A stretch of 64,000 nt of DNA from Parvibaculaceae bacterium. Its GTDB lineage: Bacteria > Pseudomonadota > Alphaproteobacteria > JAPOUT01. The notes beneath the pieces were generated by a model, which ran no database searches, had not been told where the DNA came from, and saw nothing but the letters and a program-made list of their open reading frames with translations. Positions 21,103 to 30,732 of this stretch are shown here, piece by piece (position 1 is the stretch's first letter; each line of letters opens with the position of its first letter). The stretch lies in contig OY734805.1 in the NCBI GenBank assembly GCA_963457525.1, positions 2,219,150 to 2,283,149 of the forward strand. Direction: 5' to 3'. Position numbers and translations under genes: made by a program.

Positions 21103-21140
21103 GGGTTTGGGCATTTCTTACCAAACCCTGCGTGATTTTT
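21103..21140 (+). terminator. Possible rho-independent terminator
   Basis: GGGTTTGG-gcatttctta-CCAAACCC is followed by tgcgtgATTTTT; about 100 nt downstream of the 20713-21003 gene. Confidence 0.35.
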
Positions 21141-21204
21141 GAGATATGAGGCTGCACAATAAACGGCAATTAATAATGTGGAAAACCTCAAATGGATGAG
21201 GCTG

Positions 21205-21429
21205 TTATTGTTCGGGCTTCTCTTTGATTTCTTTCAGTTCTTCTTCAACATCGCCCAAGCGATCTTCGACAACAGTCAAACGTTCTTCAACCCTGGCCAA
21301 CCCAATCTCAACGGCCGCAAGCCTTGAGTCAATACGCTGAAGGCTGTCGTCAATGCGCGTAAACATGGCCCAACCTCCACTCGCAACTAGAAGAACCAAT
21401 GCTGCTAAAAACCATATCTCCTTCTGCAT
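21205..21429 (-). CDS. Small N-terminally anchored coiled-coil protein
   Basis: MQKEIWFLAALVLLVASGGWAMF is followed by repetitive heptads (RIDSRLAAVEIGLARVEERLTVVEDRLGDVEEELKEIK). An alternative upstream ATG lies at 21498. Confidence 0.45.
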   Translation of the reverse strand: MQKEIWFLAALVLLVASGGWAMFTRIDDSLQRIDSRLAAVEIGLARVEERLTVVEDRLGDVEEELKEIKEKPEQ

Positions 21430-21842
21430 CAATAGAATTCTGCGCAAAATCTCTCGTGCCTTGGTATAACCAGGTACAAGATCAACATCGTCTGACATTA
21501 AGAACCTATAAGTGCACGGACGAGCACTTCCAGCCCTTTCAAAATGCTGAAAACGCCGGCGCATACAACGAAAAACGTTATAGAATCCATTGAAGTTCCC
21601 ATGCCTTTCTCCTTTTAGGCTTCGTGCCGATATTGATTCCCCACCAATCTCCCCACATTTTCCCAATCGTGTCAATTGGCCTTTATTGCGCCCCTGCTGT
21701 ATTTGTAAATGCCCGAAAATTCACGGGGTAATCTCGGGCAATCAGGCATCAAAACCTCTCCAATATCGCACGAATTTCAGGAGTTGGTTTCTCGCACATG
21801 GTTGGAACTTCGTCCGCCCGGCCGAGATTGCCCCAACCTCGC

Positions 21843-22733
21843 CTAATCGCGCGACTTCAACAGCGCCACCGGCGAACGCGCGCTGCGAAGCAATCTCTCG
21901 GCCCGGGCATCATCACGAAACAACACGCCCTCGACGTCCAGCAATACAAACGAAGGTTCGCTGACCGCGAGCCCGTGACAAACCTCGCCGACCGCGTCAC
22001 TTAAAAAAGCATAACCTTCCAGCGATTCTCCCCCGGGCAAACGTGCCTGTGCTTGTCGTAACGCCTCTTCGGCCTCGGCATGCGTCTCTCCGACCACGAA
22101 CACCAGCAATCGACTTCCCTGCTCGCGGGCAATCCGTATCGCCAGATCTAAAATGCGTTCATCCGCATCGCCTGCGTCCATGCCGCCCTCGGTGCCGATA
22201 TTCTCAATAACGGCGACCACCGGTCCGGCATGGCGCCGGCGCCAGGGGCCCAGCAATATCATTCCGCCAAAACGCTCCGCGGCTCCGCGCGCATGCGCAA
22301 TTATCTCGCGCACACTCCCGCCGCCATACGATTCCTGCAAGAGCAATATGTCTTCCCGCTCGGCGGCGCGTTCCTTCGGCTCGTTGAAGAAAATCTCATA
22401 ACTCTCGCCTCGAACCCGGTCAAAGCGCCACGCCACGCGCGCCCGCTCCGCCCTGGACGACAACAACCTCCTGCACGCCAGGGCATCCTGCTCGAAGGCC
22501 GCCAGCATGTTCTCGCGCGAGACCTGCGCGCCGCGCCGCATCCCGACCACTTGGGCAAACGGCAAGCCCGACGACTGCAACACAGACTCCTGTTCCACAA
22601 ACAAACCGCACAACTCCGCCCGCAATGCTTGCGCCAATATGGTCGCGGCGTTCACGGCGATGTCCGCCTCCGAATGCGAACGCAATGCGACGACTATCCG
22701 CTTCGGCGTCAACGAGCGGCGCGGCATCGTCAC
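21843..22733 (-). CDS. Hypothetical protein, apparently two USP-like alpha/beta domains; translationally coupled to the LonC-like protease
   Basis: 296 aa. The start overlaps the protease stop (ATGA at 22730-22733). Two segments have a beta-alpha-beta character (KRIVVALRSHSEADIAVNAATILAQAL... and GPVVAVIENIG...ILDLAIRIAREQGSRLLVFVVG). I recognise no ATP-binding G-x2-G-x9-G motif. Confidence 0.6.
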   Translation of the reverse strand: MTMPRRSLTPKRIVVALRSHSEADIAVNAATILAQALRAELCGLFVEQESVLQSSGLPFAQVVGMRRGAQVSRENMLAAFEQDALACRRLLSSRAERARVAWRFDRVRGESYEIFFNEPKERAAEREDILLLQESYGGGSVREIIAHARGAAERFGGMILLGPWRRRHAGPVVAVIENIGTEGGMDAGDADERILDLAIRIAREQGSRLLVFVVGETHAEAEEALRQAQARLPGGESLEGYAFLSDAVGEVCHGLAVSEPSFVLLDVEGVLFRDDARAERLLRSARSPVALLKSRD

Positions 22734-25213
22734 TTGCCCTCTCCTTCCGTTTCGGAGTCGTTGTTCTTTTCCTTCTTGCGTGAAGAAAACTCCCGACGCG
22801 CATACGCAAACTCGCGCAAACGATCTTCCACCATTGCGTTCACGCTGCCTTCGGGGAAATTGCCGTCGCCGTCGCGCTCGCCCGCGGGCAAGCCGGTCAG
22901 CAGCGCAATTCCCTCATGAATGTGCGAGACGCCGTAAATGCGGAAAACTTTCTCTTCCGCCGCCTTAACGACATCGGGACGCAGCATTAAATTTTTCACG
23001 TTCGATTGCGGAACCAAAACGCCCTGCTTGCCGGTCAAACCCCTCTCCCTGCATATGTCAAAAAAGCCCTCGACCTTTTCGTTGACGCCGCCGATTGCCT
23101 GGATTTCACCCTTCTGGTTGACCGAACCGGTCACCGCGAAGGATTGCGAAATCGGCACCCGGGACAGCGCCGACAACAATGCATACAACTCCGTCGACGA
23201 GGCGCTGTCGCCGTCAATCAATCCGTATGATTGCTCGAATACCAAGCTCGCCCACAAAGACATCGGCACATCAAGGGCGTAATGCGCCGCCAGGAAACTC
23301 GAGAGTATCAACACCCCCTTCGAGTGCAGCGGCCCGCCCAGTTGAACCTCGCGCTCGATATCCACGACCTTGCCCGCGCCCATGCGAACCTGCGCCGTGA
23401 TGCGGGCGGGCTGCCCGAAACTAAACCCTCCGATCGTGAGAACCGAAAGCCCGTTGATTTGTCCGACCTCCTCGCCTTGCGTCGCTACCAGCATGGTGTT
23501 GCGTATGATCCGTTCGTGCGAGCGCTCGCGTATCCGGGAAGCCCTGTCCAAGCGCTGCCGGCATGCTTCTTCAACATCCGCCGCCGCTATCTTGTCGCGT
23601 CCGGACTCAAGTGCAAAATAATTCGCTTCGCTCAACAGATCCGACAGCATTCCGACACGCAAAAGCAATTTTTCATTGTCGTCCGCCATGCGCGCCGCCT
23701 CGTCAATCGTTCGCGCAACCGCATCCGCTCCCAACGGCAGCAATTTTTCCCGCTTCGCCGTTGTCGCAATCAAACGCGCATACAGCGCATTGTTCTCTTT
23801 CGTGCGCGATATCTCCTCGTCAAAATCCGCCTGCACCTTGAACAGTTCGGGAAAATCCGGATCATGCCGCATCAACAGATAGTAAAGCCCCCTGTCCCCG
23901 ACCAGCACCACCTTCACGCGCAGCGGTATCGGATCGGGTTCCAGCGTCACCGTTGAGGCCATGCCGTAGCGTTCGGACATCGAAGTTATCTTGATATGCC
24001 TGTTTGCCAGACAGCGCTTCAACGCATCCCATGCCAGCGGCTCATTGATCACGCGGCGGGCGTCCACAACAAGATAGCCGCCGTTCGCCCGGTGCAGCGC
24101 TCCCGGCTTTATCAGCATGAAGTCCGTTATCAACGAACCCATGTGCGCTATCTGCTCTATTCTCCCGACCAGGTTGCTCAAAGACGGCAAATCCTCCACG
24201 ACCAACGGCGCGCCCAGCGCATCGCCGTCATGTCCGTTGCAGTCGTCGCCGCGCGAGCACACCATCACATTCACGCCATAACGGCGAAAGCGGGCGTCCC
24301 CTCCCGTGCCGACGCCCGATACGGGCACCGCGGGCGAATCCCCCTTCGGGGTTTGTTCCTCCGGCTTAAAGAACGCATCGGCGTTTGCGATCAAGTCCGC
24401 CTTCACGCGCTCCAAATGACGTGCAACCGGCTCGATCTTCCCGAACTTGTCCCGAAGCGTCGACATCAACTTGTCCACGGCCGCTTCCGCCATTCCGCCG
24501 TGGAGATTCCGCAATCCGTCACGGCGGCGCTTCTCTATCTCCGGCAGCCGTTCCAGCGCCTTTTCCAAGTCCCCCTGCAGCGACTTTATCTTGGACTCTA
24601 TAGCCTTCTTTTCTTCGGCGCCCAGCTTTTCGAAATCTTCGGGTTTGAGAACCTTGCCGTCACGCACGGGCGTCAGCATGAATCCCATGGGCGTGCGCAA
24701 TATCGTGATATTCTCGCGCGCGGCGCGCTCCTTCAAGTCCTCAAACGCGGCTTCCTGCTGTCGCGCGGCCTCCTCCTCTATCTCGCCCCGGCGCGCACGA
24801 TACTCCTCCGCCTCAAACAACGCAGGAAACACCGCAACCAAATCCGATATCAGGGAACCCATCGCGTTTTGAAACGAAACCGCCGTTCCCGCAGGCAGTT
24901 GCAATGCGACCGGCTTGTGCGGCTCGTCAAAATTATTCACATAAACCCAGTCGTCCGGCGGCGGTTCCTGCGCCGCTTTCCCGCGCAGCAGGGAACTCAC
25001 CGCATAATGCCGCCCGGCGCCCTGGGGGCCCGATAAAAACATATTGAAGCCCTCGCGTTCAATGCGCGAGCCGAATCCAATCGCGCGAACGGCGCGCTCC
25101 TGCCCTATCAAATTAACGACAGGCTCCAATTCATCCGTGCTGGTAAAGGAGAAATCTTCCGCCCTCGCGCTCGGACGCAGGGCTTCAACAGGCAGCGGCG
25201 GCAATTTCTTCAT
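22730..25213 (-). CDS. Lon-like S16 protease with an inserted coiled-coil domain (LonC-like, predicted ATPase-inactive)
   Basis: 827 aa. The N-terminal AAA-like module has degenerate Walker A (GPQGAGRH, no Lys-Ser/Thr) and Walker B (YLVVDA) motifs, followed by a long helical insertion. The C-terminal Lon protease domain has the Ser (DGDSASS) and Lys (GVNEKVEGFF) of the catalytic dyad. Confidence 0.85.
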   Translation of the reverse strand: MKKLPPLPVEALRPSARAEDFSFTSTDELEPVVNLIGQERAVRAIGFGSRIEREGFNMFLSGPQGAGRHYAVSSLLRGKAAQEPPPDDWVYVNNFDEPHKPVALQLPAGTAVSFQNAMGSLISDLVAVFPALFEAEEYRARRGEIEEEAARQQEAAFEDLKERAARENITILRTPMGFMLTPVRDGKVLKPEDFEKLGAEEKKAIESKIKSLQGDLEKALERLPEIEKRRRDGLRNLHGGMAEAAVDKLMSTLRDKFGKIEPVARHLERVKADLIANADAFFKPEEQTPKGDSPAVPVSGVGTGGDARFRRYGVNVMVCSRGDDCNGHDGDALGAPLVVEDLPSLSNLVGRIEQIAHMGSLITDFMLIKPGALHRANGGYLVVDARRVINEPLAWDALKRCLANRHIKITSMSERYGMASTVTLEPDPIPLRVKVVLVGDRGLYYLLMRHDPDFPELFKVQADFDEEISRTKENNALYARLIATTAKREKLLPLGADAVARTIDEAARMADDNEKLLLRVGMLSDLLSEANYFALESGRDKIAAADVEEACRQRLDRASRIRERSHERIIRNTMLVATQGEEVGQINGLSVLTIGGFSFGQPARITAQVRMGAGKVVDIEREVQLGGPLHSKGVLILSSFLAAHYALDVPMSLWASLVFEQSYGLIDGDSASSTELYALLSALSRVPISQSFAVTGSVNQKGEIQAIGGVNEKVEGFFDICRERGLTGKQGVLVPQSNVKNLMLRPDVVKAAEEKVFRIYGVSHIHEGIALLTGLPAGERDGDGNFPEGSVNAMVEDRLREFAYARREFSSRKKEKNNDSETEGEGK

Positions 25214-25309
25214 CTATGCATCCTTTTCAATCTTTATGCTTCAGGGACATCCTAGCCCGACATTAACATCTTTGCAAAAAACATCGCGGCGTCCTACCAT
25301 TCGCGGGAA

Positions 25310-26287
25310 ATGACCATTCTCGTAACAGGCGCCGCCGGCTTCATCGGCTTCCACATCTCAAACGCCCTGCTTGAACGCGGCGAGCGCGTCCTCGGCATCG
25401 ATAACCTCAACGCATACTACGACCCCGAACTCAAAAACGCCCGGCTCGAGCGTCTCCGGCTATACGGGAATTTCTCCTTCCTGAAACGCGACATCGCCGA
25501 TGAAGCCGTCGTTGATGAACTCGCGAGCCGGGAACACGGCATCCACACCATCATCCACATGGCCGCGCAAGCCGGTGTGCGCCATTCTCTCGAGGATCCC
25601 TTCTCCTACGTGCGCTCCAACCTGCAAGGACAGGTCGTCCTCTGCGAGCTCGCCAGGCGCATTCGGCAGCACGACACACTCAAGCATTTCGTGTTTGCGT
25701 CCTCATCCTCCGTATACAGCGGCAATGACAAGATTCCCTTCAGCGTCCGGGACCAGCTTGAAAAACCCCTTTCCCTTTATGCCGCATCCAAACACTCCGG
25801 CGAAATCATCGCGCAGGCTTACGTGCATCTCTTTGACATTCCGGCGACCGCTTTGCGGTTCTTTACCGTATACGGGCCGTGGGGACGCCCCGATATGGCG
25901 TTGTTTCAATTCACCAAGGCCATCCTTGAGGACAAACCCATAACTCTCTTCAACCACGGGGACATGGAACGCGACTTCACCTATATCGATGACGTCGTGG
26001 ACGGCGTCCTGGCCGCGATGGAGACAGTGCCGCCGCACGGGAAACTCGGCGTCTACAACATCGGCAACCATAAAATGGAATCTTTACGTGCGCTTGTCAC
26101 AACGCTCGAGAGCGCGCTCGGCAAGAGCGGCGACAAGCGCCTCGCTCCCCTCCAGCCCGGGGACGCACCTCGAACCTATGCGGATATTTCCGAAAGCACG
26201 CGCGATCTCAACTTCCGGCCGAAAATATCCATCGCGCAGGGAATCCCCCGTTTTGTGGAGTGGTATCGGGAATACTACGGCGTGTGA
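25310..26287 (+). CDS. NAD-dependent epimerase/dehydratase (UDP-glucuronate 4-epimerase-like)
   Basis: Begins MTILVTGAAGFIGFH, with catalytic YAASKHSGE; 325 aa extended SDR. Confidence 0.85.
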   Translation: MTILVTGAAGFIGFHISNALLERGERVLGIDNLNAYYDPELKNARLERLRLYGNFSFLKRDIADEAVVDELASREHGIHTIIHMAAQAGVRHSLEDPFSYVRSNLQGQVVLCELARRIRQHDTLKHFVFASSSSVYSGNDKIPFSVRDQLEKPLSLYAASKHSGEIIAQAYVHLFDIPATALRFFTVYGPWGRPDMALFQFTKAILEDKPITLFNHGDMERDFTYIDDVVDGVLAAMETVPPHGKLGVYNIGNHKMESLRALVTTLESALGKSGDKRLAPLQPGDAPRTYADISESTRDLNFRPKISIAQGIPRFVEWYREYYGV

Positions 26288-26290
26288 GTT

Positions 26291-27676
26291 TTACAGATAC
26301 CAGGTAAATTCCCGCGCGAAAGCCTCGCCCATGAAGCGTTCATACTCGCCGCGTTTGACGGAAGCGTACAGTTCCAAATATTCCGGTTGCAGGTAATTCC
26401 GCAAGTGCTTGCCGTTCTCGAAAACCTCGAGCGCCGCGGGCAGGTTCGCCGGCAAGTCCGATGTTTGCGCCTGCGGCGCGCCCGCTTCAACGGGAGACTT
26501 TGCCTCCACGCCGTCTTTCAAACCCTCCAGCGCCCCTGCCAGCACGCACGCCAGCGCCAGATAGGGATTGGCATCGGCTCCGGCCACACGATGCTCAATG
26601 CGGCGGTTTTCTTCCGTGCCCGCGGGAATACGCAATGCCGTCAATCGATTGTTATACGACCAGTCGCGCATGAACGGCGCAAAACCTCCGGCACCAAGGC
26701 GGCGATGCGCATTAATGTGCGGCGCAAATACGGCCAGCGATTCCGCCATCAGTTTTTGCATTCCGCAAACCGCCTGGCGCAATGCAGGAGCGCCGTACAC
26801 GTCTTTCGATTGGAAAATGTTTTTGCCGTTCTTATCCAGGATGCTCAAGTGAATGTGCATGCCGTTGCCCGTCTCTTTTGCAAAAGGCTTCGACAGAAAA
26901 GTTGCTTCCATTCCGCACAAACGCGCCGCGCGGACAACCGCCTGGCGCAATAAGCAGGCATGGTCCCCCGCCAGCAACGGATCCTTTCCGTGCGCCAAAT
27001 TAACTTCGAACTGCCCCGGTGCAAATTCCGTGCTGGACGCATTCAACGGCAGTTCCAGCGCCGACGCAATCTTGTTCAATTGATCGAAGAAGGCGCCGTA
27101 TGAGTCCAAATCCTCCAAGTCATGCACACGGGGATAACGCTCGCGCTCGCCCGTAAGCGGCGACACGGGCGCAAGAGGCTCGCCATTCTCCCCGCGCCGC
27201 TTCGGATCAATCAGGTAGAATTCCAACTCCACAGCGCAAACCGGAACTAACTTCAATGACGCAAACTTCTCCGCGACCAAACCCAATTGATGGCGCGGAT
27301 TGAACCAAACCGCACCGGCCCCGCCGTCGGGCTCAACCATGTCCATTAACAATTGTGCGCACGGCTGTCTCGTCCAGGGCGTAAGAAGCGCGTCTCCCTG
27401 CAGCGGAACGCCAATGCCGTCGGGGTCGCCGTCCGTTAAGCCGACCCCCAAACCGCTGCTGACATCCCCGAGAATGTCCAGCAGAAACAAGGAGCGCGGC
27501 AGCGTCAATCCGCCCGCGTATAGTTTTCCGGCATGCTCGCGGGGCAACCGCTTGCCGCGGGCCACGCCATTAATATCAAAGAAAACCGCATCAATATAAG
27601 CAACCTCGGGATGCCGTTGCAAAAACGCATCCAGCTGTTTTACATCTTCCGGTTTTGCCGTGGTTCGCATTTTCAT
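26291..27676 (-). CDS. Glutamine synthetase family protein (PuuA-like gamma-glutamyl-amine ligase candidate)
   Basis: The ATG at 27676 gives MKMRTTAKPEDVKQLD... (461 aa). GS catalytic-domain motifs are present (VELEFYL, KPFAKETGNGMHIHLSI, NRLTALRIP...RIEHRVAGADANPYL). Confidence 0.8.
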   Translation of the reverse strand: MKMRTTAKPEDVKQLDAFLQRHPEVAYIDAVFFDINGVARGKRLPREHAGKLYAGGLTLPRSLFLLDILGDVSSGLGVGLTDGDPDGIGVPLQGDALLTPWTRQPCAQLLMDMVEPDGGAGAVWFNPRHQLGLVAEKFASLKLVPVCAVELEFYLIDPKRRGENGEPLAPVSPLTGERERYPRVHDLEDLDSYGAFFDQLNKIASALELPLNASSTEFAPGQFEVNLAHGKDPLLAGDHACLLRQAVVRAARLCGMEATFLSKPFAKETGNGMHIHLSILDKNGKNIFQSKDVYGAPALRQAVCGMQKLMAESLAVFAPHINAHRRLGAGGFAPFMRDWSYNNRLTALRIPAGTEENRRIEHRVAGADANPYLALACVLAGALEGLKDGVEAKSPVEAGAPQAQTSDLPANLPAALEVFENGKHLRNYLQPEYLELYASVKRGEYERFMGEAFAREFTWYL

Positions 27677-27815
27677 AAAATTCCCAAGATTATTTCCACA
27701 CAAAAATACGAGACCGCCCCTCAAGCTGCTTCCAATTGCGGCATGTTTTTGAATGGAAGCAACCCTTCTCCGCACCCCATGACAGAGGTGCGGAGAATTC
27801 GATTGCTAGAACGGT

Positions 27816-28865
27816 TTAGTAACGATAGGGAGGACCCGCCTCGTTCATCGTCTTGTTGTATTGCTTGAAAATCTCAATGACTTTCGCGCAACGCGGAGAG
27901 GTTTCAGCGATTTCGTCCCAGAACTTCAACGCCTCGTTCTCCACGGTTTTCCACTCTTCGTCCGGTATTGAAGTCAGCTCCAACTTCGTTCCCTCGGTGC
28001 GCAGCTTTGCCTCCCCGCCCCAATACCAATGCTGGCGGTAGTAGTGCGAACTGTCCATGCACAAACGGAACAATGTCTGCAAATGCTCCGGCAATGCGTT
28101 CCAGCTCTCGCTGTTGGCAAAGTAGGAACCGCACCACGCGCCCGAGATGTTATTGGTCAGGAAGTAGTTGGTCACATCCGCCCAGCCGACAGTGTAGTCT
28201 TCGGTGATGCCCGACCATGCGATGCCGTCCAGTTCTCCGGTCTGCACCGCAACTTCGATGTCTTCCCAAGGCAGAGTCACCGGCACGACGCCGAAGCGCT
28301 GCATGAACTTTCCTGCCGTCGGGAAGGTAAAGACGCGCTTGCCCTTCAAATCCTCAAGACTGCGTATGGGGTCCACCGTGTTGAAATGGCAGGGATCCCA
28401 CGCACCCGCGCTCAGCCAGGTAACATTCTCGATCTCGCCATACGCCTCCTCCCAGATTTCCTTCAAGCCGTAGAGTTCGAAGAGAACGGGAACGTCAAGG
28501 CTATAGCGCGTCGCAAAAGGGAAGTATCCGCCGAACACGGAGACATCCACCGGCGCGGCTATGGAATCGTCGTCGCTTTGAACCGCATCGACCGTGCCGT
28601 TCTGCATGGCGCGAAACAATTCGCCCGTCGGAACCAATTGGTCGGCAAAGTAGAGCTCAATCTCCATCTCGCCGTTTGCGACTTTGTTGAAAGCGTCGAT
28701 CGAGGGCTTGATTACATGCTCGGCAAGAGCCGGCCCTGCGTATGTCTGCAAGCGCCACCTGATTGGCGACTGCGCCCGGACGATATTCGGCGACGCCAAT
28801 GCAGCGGAAGCTCCGGCGACGGATACCGCCCCTGCTTTCTTTAAAAACTCTCTTCTCTTATTCAT
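27816..28865 (-). CDS. TRAP transporter substrate-binding protein (DctP family, Tat-type signal)
   Basis: 349 aa. MNKRREFLKKAGAVSVAGASAALASPNIVRAQ carries a twin-arginine motif, followed by a DctP-like fold. Confidence 0.85.
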   Translation of the reverse strand: MNKRREFLKKAGAVSVAGASAALASPNIVRAQSPIRWRLQTYAGPALAEHVIKPSIDAFNKVANGEMEIELYFADQLVPTGELFRAMQNGTVDAVQSDDDSIAAPVDVSVFGGYFPFATRYSLDVPVLFELYGLKEIWEEAYGEIENVTWLSAGAWDPCHFNTVDPIRSLEDLKGKRVFTFPTAGKFMQRFGVVPVTLPWEDIEVAVQTGELDGIAWSGITEDYTVGWADVTNYFLTNNISGAWCGSYFANSESWNALPEHLQTLFRLCMDSSHYYRQHWYWGGEAKLRTEGTKLELTSIPDEEWKTVENEALKFWDEIAETSPRCAKVIEIFKQYNKTMNEAGPPYRY

Positions 28866-28897
28866 GATCGTGTACTCCTGTTGTTATAGTCCCCCTG

Positions 28898-30223
28898 CTA
28901 GCCTCCATAATACCAATTTGGCAGCCACAGGGCAATCTGCGGGAAAGCCATTACCAACACCAATCCCAACATCATCACCGCGACAAAGGGAATTATGGAG
29001 CGGTAGATGTCTCCGAGCGAAACTTCCGGCGGCGCCATCGCCTTCATTAAAAACAGATTGTATCCAAACGGCGGAGTCATGTATGCGATCTGGCATGTGA
29101 TGGTATACAAGACGCCGTACCAAATCAGGTCGAATCCCAGCAATCCGACCAGCGGAACATACAAGGGCGCAACGATTACAAGCATTGCCGTGTCATCGAG
29201 AAACATCCCCATGATCAGGTAGGACACCTGCATCAATATCAAAATGCCCCACGGACCGAGCCCGAGATTCCCTACAAAGAAATTCTCTATCGCCTTGACC
29301 GCGCCCAGGCCGTCAAACACGGCCCCGAAACACAGCGCCGCTAAAATTATCCACATGAACATGCAGCTCACGCCGAGAGTCTTGCGAACCGTCTCTTGCA
29401 GGACTTTTGCGCTCAAGCGTCCTTTGACCAGCGCGGCGACAAGCGATGCCGTTGCACCGACCGCCGAACTCTCCACCAGCGAAGTTATTCCCATCAGGAA
29501 CAATCCGGTCATGGAGAAAAAGATAAACAGCGGTACAATCCCGGCACGCAGCAGCCGGAGTTTTTCGCCCCAGCCCACCATGCGCCGCTCCTCTTCCGGC
29601 AAAGGCGGTCCCAGATGCGGCTGCAAACGACAGCGCACGACGATGTAAATAATAAACAAGGTTGCCATCAAAAGCCCGGGCAGCGCCCCGGCTATCCACA
29701 ATTGTCCTATCGGCTGGCGCGCAATCATTCCGTACAAAACCAGCACGACGCTCGGCGGCACCAAAATTCCCAGCGAACTCCCCGCCTGAATGACGCCTGT
29801 AACCATGATCTTGTCATAGCCCCGGCGCAACAACTCCGGAAGCGCAATGCTCGCGCCGATTGCCATGCCCGCAACGCTCAAGCCGTTCATTGCCGAAACG
29901 GCAATCATCAGGCCCATCGTGCCTATCGCCAAGCCTCCGTTGAGCGGACCCATCCACACATGAAACATGCGATAGAGATCATCGGCGATGCCCGACTCCG
30001 AAAGCATGTATCCCATGAAAATAAACAACGGCAGCGTCAGCAGCGGATACCATTTCATGACCTTCATTGCCGCCGAAAAAGCTATCTCCGAGCCGCCGTC
30101 CCCCCACAGGAGCAATGCCGACACCACGGCCACAAAACCTATTGCACCGAACACGCGCTGGCCGGTCAGCAGCATCACCATCATGCTGGCGAACATCGTC
30201 AAGGCGATGAATTCATAACTCAC
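28898..30223 (-). CDS. TRAP transporter large permease (DctM)
   Basis: 441 aa polytopic membrane protein with typical DctM length and pattern; overlaps the dctQ stop. Confidence 0.9.
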   Translation of the reverse strand: MSYEFIALTMFASMMVMLLTGQRVFGAIGFVAVVSALLLWGDGGSEIAFSAAMKVMKWYPLLTLPLFIFMGYMLSESGIADDLYRMFHVWMGPLNGGLAIGTMGLMIAVSAMNGLSVAGMAIGASIALPELLRRGYDKIMVTGVIQAGSSLGILVPPSVVLVLYGMIARQPIGQLWIAGALPGLLMATLFIIYIVVRCRLQPHLGPPLPEEERRMVGWGEKLRLLRAGIVPLFIFFSMTGLFLMGITSLVESSAVGATASLVAALVKGRLSAKVLQETVRKTLGVSCMFMWIILAALCFGAVFDGLGAVKAIENFFVGNLGLGPWGILILMQVSYLIMGMFLDDTAMLVIVAPLYVPLVGLLGFDLIWYGVLYTITCQIAYMTPPFGYNLFLMKAMAPPEVSLGDIYRSIIPFVAVMMLGLVLVMAFPQIALWLPNWYYGG

Positions 30224-30729
30224 GACAGAATCTTTCCCCGTGCCTGCGCGATATTCTTAAAGAGGGTGGAAACCGCTTGCAGCAGCATCAAGAATATCGC
30301 GACCGTCATGATGATTTTGATGGGGGCCATCGGCGGTGCCCATGAGGAGAAGCTACGCTCTCCGTAACGCAGCGCATACTCCGTGCTGGAAAACCCTCCG
30401 TACAGCAACACGCCCAGGTAAAACAGCAAAAAGAAAACCGTAAAGGCGTCCGTCCATGCCTGTCTCCGGGGCGTCCAGCTGCCGTAAAGCAAATCCATGC
30501 GCACATGCGAGCCCATCTGCATGGAATAGGCTCCGCCGAGAAGGTAGTAAGCGGTCATGGTGAATTGCGCCATCTCAAGCGTCCACAGCGCCGGCGTAAA
30601 AAACGTCTTCGAAACCGAGGAGTAAAACAATATCCCCATCATTACGAAAATCAGATACATCGTCCCCCTTCCGATAAACCGGTTGAGTCCGTCGACAAAA
30701 CGGACGTATGCGCAAATCGCTTTTATCAT
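30220..30729 (-). CDS. TRAP transporter small permease (DctQ)
   Basis: 169 aa with 4 predicted TM segments; located directly upstream of DctM. Confidence 0.85.
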   Translation of the reverse strand: MIKAICAYVRFVDGLNRFIGRGTMYLIFVMMGILFYSSVSKTFFTPALWTLEMAQFTMTAYYLLGGAYSMQMGSHVRMDLLYGSWTPRRQAWTDAFTVFFLLFYLGVLLYGGFSSTEYALRYGERSFSSWAPPMAPIKIIMTVAIFLMLLQAVSTLFKNIAQARGKILS

Positions 30730-30732
30730 GAC

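Noticed and set aside
23231-25036. Plus-strand ORFs of 241 aa and 346 aa
   Set aside because: They are antisense to the Lon-like protease gene. Their products are arginine-rich with nonsense composition.
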